Positions 10,485-18,945 of a DNA stretch of 64,000 nt are shown in pieces (within the stretch, counting starts at the first letter, position 1; every line of letters begins with the position of its first letter). Source of the DNA: Candidatus Paceibacter sp. (GTDB lineage Bacteria; Patescibacteriota; Patescibacteriia; Magasanikbacterales; UBA922); assembly GCA_020725175.1 (NCBI GenBank), contig DYFM01000001.1, positions 65,504 to 129,503 of the forward strand. Direction: 5' to 3'. Position numbers and translations under genes: made by a program. The notes under the pieces were generated by a model, which had not been told where the DNA came from, ran no database searches, and worked only from the letters and a program-made list of their open reading frames with translations.

Positions 10485-11945
10485 ATGCACCATATTCCCC
10501 GCACCATGAGTACACAACATCCCGACAACGCGCATCAGCCGTTTTTTGTTGAAGATACGCTTATCGGGGGAGAAGATGAAATTCAAGAAGCGTACTATGC
10601 CTACTCACACCTTGGGTGTAATGAGCAGATGTGGGATTTTGAAGGAAAAGAGGTGGATAACTTTGTTGTTAAAAAACTGCTTACTAATAATGAGCAGTTT
10701 TTTCGTGAGCATAAACTCGGAAAAAAGGTGTTTCTAACGTTTCGCGTACCAAATCCGGAGTTTGAAGCGGCTGAGGGAAAAATTTTGCTAGAAACACTGG
10801 AAAGTATTCCACGATCATATGATGCGGCCAAGTTGTTTTATGGAGAAGACATTGCACCTATTTTTGAGGTGATTTTGCCCATGACGACAAATACAAAAAG
10901 TCTCAATCGCATCTATCGTTACTATTCAGAACGAGTAGCCGGAAAGCAAGATCAGCGGTTGTTGGAACATGATATTACGATTGGTGAATGGATTGGGGAG
11001 TTTAATCCCAAACATATCAATGTAATTCCATTATTTGAAGACAAGGAGCACATGTTGAATGCTGCCAACATTTTGCGAGAATATGTTTCTGATAAACAAC
11101 TAGAGTATCAGCGCGTTTTTCTCGCTCGCTCGGATCCGGCGGTCAATTATGGCTCAATCGGTGCGGTCCTCATCAATAAAATTGCCTTGCAACGATTGTG
11201 GAACTTATCGCTCGAAGTAGGAATTCCTATCTATCCTATTCTAGGGGCCGGTTCGGCTCCATTTCGGGGAAATCTTCGACCTGCCACGGTACAAGGAATA
11301 CTCAAAGGGTATCCTAGTGTTGAAACGTACACCATTCAGTCTTCGTTTAAATTTGATAGTGCGCCGACAGTTGTGCAAAAAGCGATCGAACTACTGAATG
11401 CTCATGAACGTTCAGCACCAGTTGAAGTAGATGAGAAAAAAACGATTGATATTATTGAACGATATGCGGCGGCGTATAAAGCGCAAGTTCAGGCCCTGGC
11501 GCCCATGATCAATCAAGTCGCGCAGTTTATTCCGAAACGAAGAAAGCGAAAATTGCATATTGGATTATTTGGGTATTCGAGAAAAATGAATAATGTTACC
11601 CTGCCACGAGCGATTACGTTTACAGCGGCGTTATATTCTGTAGGACTTCCACCTGAATTGCTTGGCTTAAATGCATTGACCACAGAAGACATTCGGTATA
11701 TGAGAACAGTATATACCAATTTTGACAATGATCTTCGTGATGCCTATCGTTTTTTTGATCCGGATTGCCCATTTGTACCACCTGAACTAAAACCAGCCTT
11801 GCGACAATGTTGCACACAGTTTGCTATCGATACTGAGCATCAGATACTTGCAAAACGTATTCGTGAGCGAATGCATCATCCTGAGTCGGATGATGCACGA
11901 ACTGCTGTACTACAGGCCGCAAAGGTGCGCGGGTTTTTAGGGTAA
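10485..11945 (+). CDS. ppcA: Phosphoenolpyruvate carboxylase, archaeal type (PEPC_ARCH family)
   Basis: N-terminus MHHIPRTMSTQHPDN matches the hallmark IPR-MSTQHPDN start of archaeal-type PEPC. Length about 490 aa. ATG at 10485 is 1 nt after the pheT stop. Confidence 0.8.
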   Translation: MHHIPRTMSTQHPDNAHQPFFVEDTLIGGEDEIQEAYYAYSHLGCNEQMWDFEGKEVDNFVVKKLLTNNEQFFREHKLGKKVFLTFRVPNPEFEAAEGKILLETLESIPRSYDAAKLFYGEDIAPIFEVILPMTTNTKSLNRIYRYYSERVAGKQDQRLLEHDITIGEWIGEFNPKHINVIPLFEDKEHMLNAANILREYVSDKQLEYQRVFLARSDPAVNYGSIGAVLINKIALQRLWNLSLEVGIPIYPILGAGSAPFRGNLRPATVQGILKGYPSVETYTIQSSFKFDSAPTVVQKAIELLNAHERSAPVEVDEKKTIDIIERYAAAYKAQVQALAPMINQVAQFIPKRRKRKLHIGLFGYSRKMNNVTLPRAITFTAALYSVGLPPELLGLNALTTEDIRYMRTVYTNFDNDLRDAYRFFDPDCPFVPPELKPALRQCCTQFAIDTEHQILAKRIRERMHHPESDDARTAVLQAAKVRGFLG

Positions 11946-11959
11946 TCTGTATCATTTTT

Positions 11960-12727
11960 ATGAAAAAGTATCCTGATTCATTTATTCCTTCTTTACGTGA
12001 AAAGGAGAAATTGACTGAATGGTTCAAACACTATCCTTATTCTAGTGGTATAAATTTGAAAACTATCGATGGTGATAATTGGATTAAACAAGGGAAAGAT
12101 ACTTTCTCAGAAGAAATCACGGATCAAGATATAGAAAATAAACTTTTTGAATTTTGTTTAGAGAGACTTTGGACAAATATGGGTGTGCTGGTTATTGTTA
12201 GTTTTGGTGGTGGTTTTATGTATGGGATGTTAGATTTAAGAGAGAGGTTGATGAAGAAAGGGAAAGAACTAGGGATGGATCAGGTTGATGTACGAATTGT
12301 AGACTACTCGTTGACAAAGGACTTGGGTCGAAAAGGTTTGGAAGAGAAAGAAAAAAAAAGTTTGTTGACTGAAGGATATGTAAAGCTGAATGGAGGACCT
12401 CTTGAATTAAAAAACATTGATGCGATGCCTCCAGCCGACTTTATGTTTTCTGTCCTTGGTCCTTTTTTTCATGCATATTCTCTGGTGCACACAAAGGAGA
12501 TGATAGAAAAAGTTGCTTCTCGTCTTAAAAAGGGCGGTCAGGCTTTTTTTGAAATTAGTTTTATAACTAATAGTCCAAGTAATAAAACCCTTTCTTATTG
12601 GTTTGACGGAGAGCAAAAAAAAGAGTTTGAGGAATTAATGAGTAAAAAAGGTTTTACAGTGACTTTTTCAAAAACAACCGACCGCTTTGATACCTCAGGG
12701 TATGTTTCTATTATAAAATCTACGTAA
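11960..12727 (+). CDS. Hypothetical protein (255 aa), AT-rich
   Basis: ORF track only. No confident motif. Confidence 0.4.
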   Translation: MKKYPDSFIPSLREKEKLTEWFKHYPYSSGINLKTIDGDNWIKQGKDTFSEEITDQDIENKLFEFCLERLWTNMGVLVIVSFGGGFMYGMLDLRERLMKKGKELGMDQVDVRIVDYSLTKDLGRKGLEEKEKKSLLTEGYVKLNGGPLELKNIDAMPPADFMFSVLGPFFHAYSLVHTKEMIEKVASRLKKGGQAFFEISFITNSPSNKTLSYWFDGEQKKEFEELMSKKGFTVTFSKTTDRFDTSGYVSIIKST

Positions 12728-12827
12728 TTTTTTTTCTATTGTATTTTTTCTTAGGTGTGTTATCATATGTATAGTACAATAAGTTTACGTGTAAAAAAAA
12801 TATCCAAACAATAAACCTTTTTAAAAA

Positions 12828-13187
12828 TTGAATCATGCCTGTCATATGTTTGAATCAAGTCAAGATCTTTTATATATCGTGTTAGCACTGGCAATTTTGT
12901 GGGTGACGGTATTTCTCTGTTGGCTCTTATATCAAGCCGCGCGAGTTCTCCGCAATGCTAATAGAATTGTTGAGAGTTTGATGCATAAATTGGAACTGAT
13001 TGTGGATGCGGTGGAATTTATGAAACACAAGGTAGATGATCTTACGAGTGGAGTTGGTGCAGTGCAACGGCTTCTTGGAGGGGCTATAGAACGATTTATT
13101 GTATCAAAAGTAAGTAAAAAAATGACTGCCGATGAACCAAAGGTGAAACGGAAGGCGAGGGCTACGAGAAAGAGGGGGGATAGTTGA
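12828..13187 (+). CDS. Small membrane protein with a coiled-coil and a basic tail (possibly DUF948-like)
   Basis: TM helix LLYIVLALAILWVTVFLCWLLY followed by a helical region and a K/R-rich C-terminus. Confidence 0.45.
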   Translation: MNHACHMFESSQDLLYIVLALAILWVTVFLCWLLYQAARVLRNANRIVESLMHKLELIVDAVEFMKHKVDDLTSGVGAVQRLLGGAIERFIVSKVSKKMTADEPKVKRKARATRKRGDS

Positions 13188-13302
13188 GAATTTGGTTGGT
13201 TGGGCTTTATACGAAACTGGAAATTAGAAATTTGAAATTGGGGATTGGGTTTTGGCGATGACATATTGTGGATGAGTTGTTGGCACTACACGTAGGAGAA
13301 AT

Positions 13303-13337
13303 AGCAAAACACCGCTTACATTAGCGGTGTTTTTTTG
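13303..13337. terminator. Bidirectional intrinsic terminator between convergent genes
   Basis: aaaacaccgcttacattagcggtgttttttt is a perfect stem (aacaccgct/agcggtgtt) flanked by A-run and T-run. Confidence 0.75.
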
Positions 13338-13355
13338 TGTGGCATGTGACGTGTG

Positions 13356-13874
13356 TTATTGGATGCTTTTAACACTGGAACAAATTTTTTCTACGACGGA
13401 TTTGTTTTCAGAAAATGATTCGGTCGGAAGGGTCGAACGACAGAGGATATACCTTCCGTTTGTTTCTGTAATAATGTCGTATGAAGTGTAGAGATTGTTT
13501 TCTGAATTACTAAGGAGAAGGTACGCGCCACCATTTAGCAGTGTTCCTTCTTCAGATATTCGTGTTTCCGGATAATAGCTCAAATCAATTTTTCGATTAG
13601 CTACGGCATCAGCCAAATCGTTGGCAGAAATTTCGTCAAAGAGGACTTCAGCTCCTGCTAACCCGGTATGAAATACCACCGGAACACCAAATTCGTCATC
13701 TCCACAGCTCCACCCGGTCGGGCAAGTAAATTCAATAGACCATTCGCTGTTGGTGACGGTGGTGTCAGTTTTCATTGCGGGGACATTTTTACTCACATTG
13801 TTGGTGCTACTGCCACATCCGGCGCCAAGTAACAGAACAGCGACTATACTGATGAAAAATGTTTGGTATTTCAT
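13356..13874 (-). CDS. Lipoprotein (lipobox LLGAGC), paralogue of the next gene
   Basis: MKYQTFFISIVAVLLLGAGCGSS signal/lipobox. The true start is ATG at 13872-13874 rather than the longer ORF-track call. Shares a Cys-containing C-terminal pattern with 13900-14379. Confidence 0.65.
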   Translation of the reverse strand: MKYQTFFISIVAVLLLGAGCGSSTNNVSKNVPAMKTDTTVTNSEWSIEFTCPTGWSCGDDEFGVPVVFHTGLAGAEVLFDEISANDLADAVANRKIDLSYYPETRISEEGTLLNGGAYLLLSNSENNLYTSYDIITETNGRYILCRSTLPTESFSENKSVVEKICSSVKSIQ

Positions 13875-13899
13875 ATTCTTGAGATATATAAGTAAAAAA

Positions 13900-14379
13900 T
13901 TATTGTGCAGAAATGCCTGAACACATCGACTGGAAATCGGTTTTGACTGTTTCAAAAGAACGTTCGGGACTGTATCCGCTACAGACAACATACTCTCCGT
14001 CAGTTACTTTTTTTATGGCGCGGAAAAGATAGTTGTTGGAGTAGGTATTTTTATTGATAAAAAATTTTCCTTCGTCAAGATCGCCTTCCTCGATTAATTC
14101 GTTTCCGGGGTACTTGTAGACCTCGTCTTTTTTTTCTATAAAAAATTCATCGATGGTTTTTGGTGAGGTAAATTTCTCCATGATGAGATTTGTTTCACCG
14201 CCGGTTTTGGGAGTGATTTTTATTGAGGCATCTTTTTTGTCGGGACAATTCCAGTTGTTCTCATCACAAGTGATATTGAGATTTTGTGAAGTAACCGTCA
14301 CTGATGTTTTGCGGGTCTGAGCACAACCTGAGAGGAGGAGGGGTGGTAGCATCAGTAAAATAATAACTTGCAGTCGCAT
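13900..14379 (-). CDS. Lipoprotein (lipobox LLLSGC), paralogue of the previous gene
   Basis: MRLQVIILLMLPPLLLSGCAQT. C-terminus Y-V-V-C...SF...C resembles Y-I-L-C...SF...C of the neighbour. Confidence 0.65.
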   Translation of the reverse strand: MRLQVIILLMLPPLLLSGCAQTRKTSVTVTSQNLNITCDENNWNCPDKKDASIKITPKTGGETNLIMEKFTSPKTIDEFFIEKKDEVYKYPGNELIEEGDLDEGKFFINKNTYSNNYLFRAIKKVTDGEYVVCSGYSPERSFETVKTDFQSMCSGISAQ

Positions 14380-14536
14380 AGGAAAAAGTAAGTATTCATG
14401 TCAAGATTTTATCATATTTGCTGTTTCTTCGCAATGATAGTAAGGGTTGATTTTCTCGGGTTGTTCAGGTATTATGAGGACACATATTATCAGTACTATT
14501 CGCGCATTTTCGTGCTATATCCGCATATTCTGCATT

Positions 14537-17500
14537 ATGGAATTTGTTCACCTCCATGTTCATTCTCATTATTCTCTTTTAAACGGCCTTACGAAAGTGA
14601 AGTCGTTGGTTAAGGTTGCAAAAGAACGAGGCTTCAAAGCTATCGCGTTGACAGACTATGGATCCATGTATGGTGCGATTGAGTTTTATCAAAAATGTTT
14701 GGAAGAAGGGATAAAACCGATTATTGGATTTGAAGCATTTCTAGGTCCGCGCAGCCGTCATGACAAAGATCCACAGTATGATAAAGAACTGTACAGTATT
14801 GTTCTTTTGGCTGAAAACTACGATGGGTATCGCAACCTGATGAAACTTTCTTCCATTGGGCATCTCGAAGGATTTCATAATGGTAAACCACGGGTAGATA
14901 AGGAACTATTAGCAGAGCTCGGAGATAATATTATTGCTTTGTCTGGTTCTATTGACGGTGAAGTTCCGTCTCTCCTCAAGGCAGGTAAAATCGAAGAGGC
15001 TAAACAGGCGGCATTGCAATACGCGGAAATTTTTGGCTTACAAGATTTCTTTCTTGAGTTGCAGGATCATCCCGCCATCCCGGGGCAAATTGATGTGAAC
15101 ACAAAATTGATTCAGTTATCAAAAGAGACTGGTATTCCATTGGTGGTGACGCGGGATGTACATTATATGAATCCAGATGAGGCAGAGGCGCAGGATATTT
15201 TGCGCTGTATTTCAGAAGGATGGAAAGTAGATCAAGTGGATCGTGAAGATTATCGTCAAGTAGACCGATCAATGAATTCGGCAGAAGACATTGCTTCTCG
15301 ATTTCGTCATGTTCCGGAAGCAGTCGAAAATACGGTGAAGATTGCGGAGCGGGTCAATATTGAAATTGCACTCAACGTGTGGCATTTCGCGCCGGTAGAT
15401 TTACCGCCAGGAAAGACGGCTGATGAGGCATTACGAGATGAGACGTTTGAGCGAGCACCGATGTATTATCCGGAGATGGGGCAGGAAATTATTGACCGTA
15501 TTGAATATGAGCTTGATATTATTAAAACCAAGGGGTATTCACCGTACTTCATTTGTGTAGCTGATTATGTGCGATTTGCCAAAGCGAATGGTATTGTGGA
15601 ATCTACCCGTGGGTCGGCCGCCGGATCACTGGTCTCATATATTCTTGGTATTACCACCGTTGATCCGATGCGATTCAAGTTGCCATTTGAACGATTTTTG
15701 AATCCATTTCGTCCGAGTGCGCCTGATATTGATACTGACTTTGCCGATGATCGGCGTGATGACATGATCAAGTACGTGACAGAAAAATATGGCGCGGATA
15801 AAGTTGCTCAGATTATTACGTTTGGAACGATGGCAGCGAGAGCGAGTGTCCGAGACGTAGGTCGGGCGCTGGGTTTTTCCTATAGTTTTTGTGATCAGGT
15901 GGCCAAGCTCATTCCGCCCGGAGCCCAAGGGTTTCCTATGACCGTCTCGCGGGCACTAAAAGAAGAGCCGGATTTGGCAAAATTGTACGAAACAAATGCA
16001 GACGTAAAGCGTCTTCTTGACTTGGCGCAAAAAGTGGAGGGGTGCGCCCGTCATACCTCAATTCATGCTGCCGGAGTAGTGATTTCTCCTACGCCGCTAA
16101 CAGATTTTTCTCCGGTGCAACGTGAAACCGGGGGTGAGCGTATAACCACGCAATATGATATGAAATCGGTCGAGACAGCCGGGGTATTGAAAAATGATTT
16201 TTTGGGAATTCGTAACTTAGCGATACTGGGAAACGCTGTGGAAATTGTGGAAAAAACCACTGGCGATAAAGTGGATATTTATAATCTCCCTCTTGATGAT
16301 ACCAAAGTGTATGAAATGTTGGCACGCGGAGAGACTATGGGAGTGTTTCAGCTTGGTGGTTCCGGCATGACCCGTTGGCTCAAAGAACTCAAACCCAACC
16401 GGATTGAAGACATTATGGCGATGGTGGCGCTCTACCGTCCGGGGCCAATGGAATCAATTCCTGAATATATTAAGCGAAAGTACCATCCGGAATTTGTTTC
16501 ATTTTTGGATCCACGATTAGAAAAAATTCTTGACGCGTCATATGGATTACTTGTGTATCAGGATGATGTGATGTTGACGGCGATTGAACTTGCTGGTTAT
16601 GACTGGATGGAAGCGGACAAGTTTCGAAAAGCCATGGGTAAGAAAATTCCTGAGGAAATGGCGAAGCAGAAAATTCAATTTTACGAAGGTTGTGAAAAAA
16701 TCGGGAAACTCAAAAAAGAAACGATTGATGAATTGTGGCGACAGATTGAACCGTTTGCGTCGTATGGGTTTAATAAAGCTCATGCCGCAAGTTATGGAAT
16801 TGTGGCGTATCAGACTGCGTACATGAAGGCGCACTATCCGGTACAGTATATGACGGCGGTGTTGCAGGCAGAAGCTGGAGATGCCGATAAGGTCGCGGCT
16901 ATTGTGCACGAATGCCGTCGCATGGGGATCGATGTCTTGCCACCGGATATCAATGAAAGTTTCCGCAACTTTGCCATGGTGTCAAAGCCGGGTGAACCGG
17001 GACGTATTCGCTTTGGGTTGACTGCTATCAAAAACGTTGGGGAGCATATTTGTGAAGTACTCTACCAAGAGAGAAAACAACATGGCCGATATCAGAGTCT
17101 CGAAGATCTGCTTGAGCGAGTGACAGATAAAGATTTAAACAAAAAATCGGTTGAGAGTTTGATACAGGCTGGAGCGATGGATAGTTTTGGGTATGACCGG
17201 GGGCTTTTGCTGTCAAATATCGAACAAATTTTGGGATATAGTAAACAAGTGAAAGAAAAAAATGTTACTAATCAAGATTCACTGTTTGCCGGCACCAGTA
17301 TTGCGCTTGAAAGTAAGGTGACGCTCAAAGACGCTCCAAAGGCTACCATGGATGAAAAGTTAACCTGGGAAAAAAACTTGCTTGGTTTGTATGTGTCATC
17401 TCATCCGTTTGCGTATTATGAACAGGTGATGGGGAACACGATTACGCTTCTCAAAGATTTTGAAGGACATCCGCGTGATGAGTGGATTATTATTGGTGGC

Positions 17501-18034
17501 GTGATTCAAAAAATGAAAAAAATGTTGACCAAAAAGGGAACGCAGATGCTCTTTGCGACAATAGAAGATCAGACGGGATCAGTGGAAGTATTGGTTTTCC
17601 CAAAAACGTTTGAAGCGACAAAAGATGAGTGGATCGTCGGTAGAGTGGTATGTATTCTCGGAAAAACTCCAAAGGAGGAGGGGGATAATAAAGTGTTTGT
17701 AGAAAAGATGTATGTGCTTTCAAAAGAAAATGCCGAAGCCTTGGCACGACAACTGCATATGGGTTCAAGTCAGGTAAAAGCGCGGCAAGAAGATTTGGAG
17801 GAGGTGGTAGCGATTGAACCGGAGAAACAGGTGCGGCTGGTGCTGACTTCCAGTGATGTAAAAGAAAAAGCCGTCGAACTGAAAACCATTTTCGCTCAAT
17901 ATCCCGGAAAGTATCAAGTGTATATTCAGGTGGGAGCAAATACCATCAAGGCAAATGCGAAGGTGCATTGGAACGCGGAGGTAGAGGGCGCGTTACAATC
18001 TATTTTTCCAGGTCGGGAGATTGTGGTTAGTTGA
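14537..18034 (+). CDS. dnaE: DNA polymerase III alpha subunit
   Basis: PHP domain start MEFVHLHVHSHYSLLNGL, polymerase core motifs and an OB fold in a protein of about 1165 aa. ATG at 14537 is preferred over the longer ORF-track start. Confidence 0.92.
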   Translation: MEFVHLHVHSHYSLLNGLTKVKSLVKVAKERGFKAIALTDYGSMYGAIEFYQKCLEEGIKPIIGFEAFLGPRSRHDKDPQYDKELYSIVLLAENYDGYRNLMKLSSIGHLEGFHNGKPRVDKELLAELGDNIIALSGSIDGEVPSLLKAGKIEEAKQAALQYAEIFGLQDFFLELQDHPAIPGQIDVNTKLIQLSKETGIPLVVTRDVHYMNPDEAEAQDILRCISEGWKVDQVDREDYRQVDRSMNSAEDIASRFRHVPEAVENTVKIAERVNIEIALNVWHFAPVDLPPGKTADEALRDETFERAPMYYPEMGQEIIDRIEYELDIIKTKGYSPYFICVADYVRFAKANGIVESTRGSAAGSLVSYILGITTVDPMRFKLPFERFLNPFRPSAPDIDTDFADDRRDDMIKYVTEKYGADKVAQIITFGTMAARASVRDVGRALGFSYSFCDQVAKLIPPGAQGFPMTVSRALKEEPDLAKLYETNADVKRLLDLAQKVEGCARHTSIHAAGVVISPTPLTDFSPVQRETGGERITTQYDMKSVETAGVLKNDFLGIRNLAILGNAVEIVEKTTGDKVDIYNLPLDDTKVYEMLARGETMGVFQLGGSGMTRWLKELKPNRIEDIMAMVALYRPGPMESIPEYIKRKYHPEFVSFLDPRLEKILDASYGLLVYQDDVMLTAIELAGYDWMEADKFRKAMGKKIPEEMAKQKIQFYEGCEKIGKLKKETIDELWRQIEPFASYGFNKAHAASYGIVAYQTAYMKAHYPVQYMTAVLQAEAGDADKVAAIVHECRRMGIDVLPPDINESFRNFAMVSKPGEPGRIRFGLTAIKNVGEHICEVLYQERKQHGRYQSLEDLLERVTDKDLNKKSVESLIQAGAMDSFGYDRGLLLSNIEQILGYSKQVKEKNVTNQDSLFAGTSIALESKVTLKDAPKATMDEKLTWEKNLLGLYVSSHPFAYYEQVMGNTITLLKDFEGHPRDEWIIIGGVIQKMKKMLTKKGTQMLFATIEDQTGSVEVLVFPKTFEATKDEWIVGRVVCILGKTPKEEGDNKVFVEKMYVLSKENAEALARQLHMGSSQVKARQEDLEEVVAIEPEKQVRLVLTSSDVKEKAVELKTIFAQYPGKYQVYIQVGANTIKANAKVHWNAEVEGALQSIFPGREIVVS

Positions 18035-18945
18035 GTGGTATGAAAAATAACATGTTGACAATAATCGCCGGACCATGTTCCGTTGATCAGGAAAATATCG
18101 AAGACTTGTATCAGATTGCCACTCTCAACGATACAGCTCCAGTGTCTATCGCCGGTGTTCGTGTAGTGGGAGTAAAATCTCGGACCGCGTACCAAACAGA
18201 TGGTTCGGGAATGGGGATTGATGTTGCAGCGATAGAAAAAAACGCCGAGATTCTTCGTCGCGGTGGTTCGGTGGCTGATTTTCTGCCATTGCCGAGTGTT
18301 CAGATAGCTAAACGGTTTGTTCAAGATACCGGGCTTCTTGTTGCTACTGAAATAGTGAACCCGACTTTGCAGCTTCCTTCCTATGCTCAAGTAGAAGATT
18401 TTCGAGATAAGCTTCTGATCTGGAATCCAGCCGTAAATCAGCTCGGGTGGTTACTTCATGAACTAGGACGGTACGCAAATGAGTATGGCTGGCAGGTAGG
18501 TATAAAAAATGGAAAGTGGGTAGGAGAAGACGTATCCGTTGCTGAGGCAGGGGAAAAAGAAATCCCACTCGAAAAGGTTTGGTCAGGGTTGGTGAGTTAT
18601 ACCGGTCTTTCGTCTGAACGAATGACGCTTATTCATCGTGGGGTGGATGTTCCGGGAAAAGGAAATTACCGAAATGTGCCGGTGCATGGCCTGGCAGGGA
18701 GAGTAAAACAGGCTACCGGAGCGCGCCTTTTGTTTGATCCGAGTCATGTGTATGGACCAAAGATGCGGGGAAGTATTGTAGAGGAGACGGTGAAAGCGAT
18801 GGCGATGAAATTGTCTGAAGAAGAGTTTTTGTACGACGGAATGTTGATAGAGGTGGGACGATCAAAGACAGATACTGAGCAGCATATTACGGTTGCGGAA
18901 CTGCGGGAGTTGGTGGAGCGGGTGGGGGAGTTTCGGGGTTTGTGA
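18031..18945 (+). CDS. DAHP synthetase I family protein (AroG type I-beta / KdsA-like aldolase)
   Basis: IIAGPCSVD near the N-terminus and DPSH later match the AGPCS(V/I)E and DPSH signatures of DAHPS I-beta / KDO8PS TIM-barrel enzymes. Start overlaps the dnaE stop by 4 nt. Confidence 0.5.
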   Translation: MSGMKNNMLTIIAGPCSVDQENIEDLYQIATLNDTAPVSIAGVRVVGVKSRTAYQTDGSGMGIDVAAIEKNAEILRRGGSVADFLPLPSVQIAKRFVQDTGLLVATEIVNPTLQLPSYAQVEDFRDKLLIWNPAVNQLGWLLHELGRYANEYGWQVGIKNGKWVGEDVSVAEAGEKEIPLEKVWSGLVSYTGLSSERMTLIHRGVDVPGKGNYRNVPVHGLAGRVKQATGARLLFDPSHVYGPKMRGSIVEETVKAMAMKLSEEEFLYDGMLIEVGRSKTDTEQHITVAELRELVERVGEFRGL

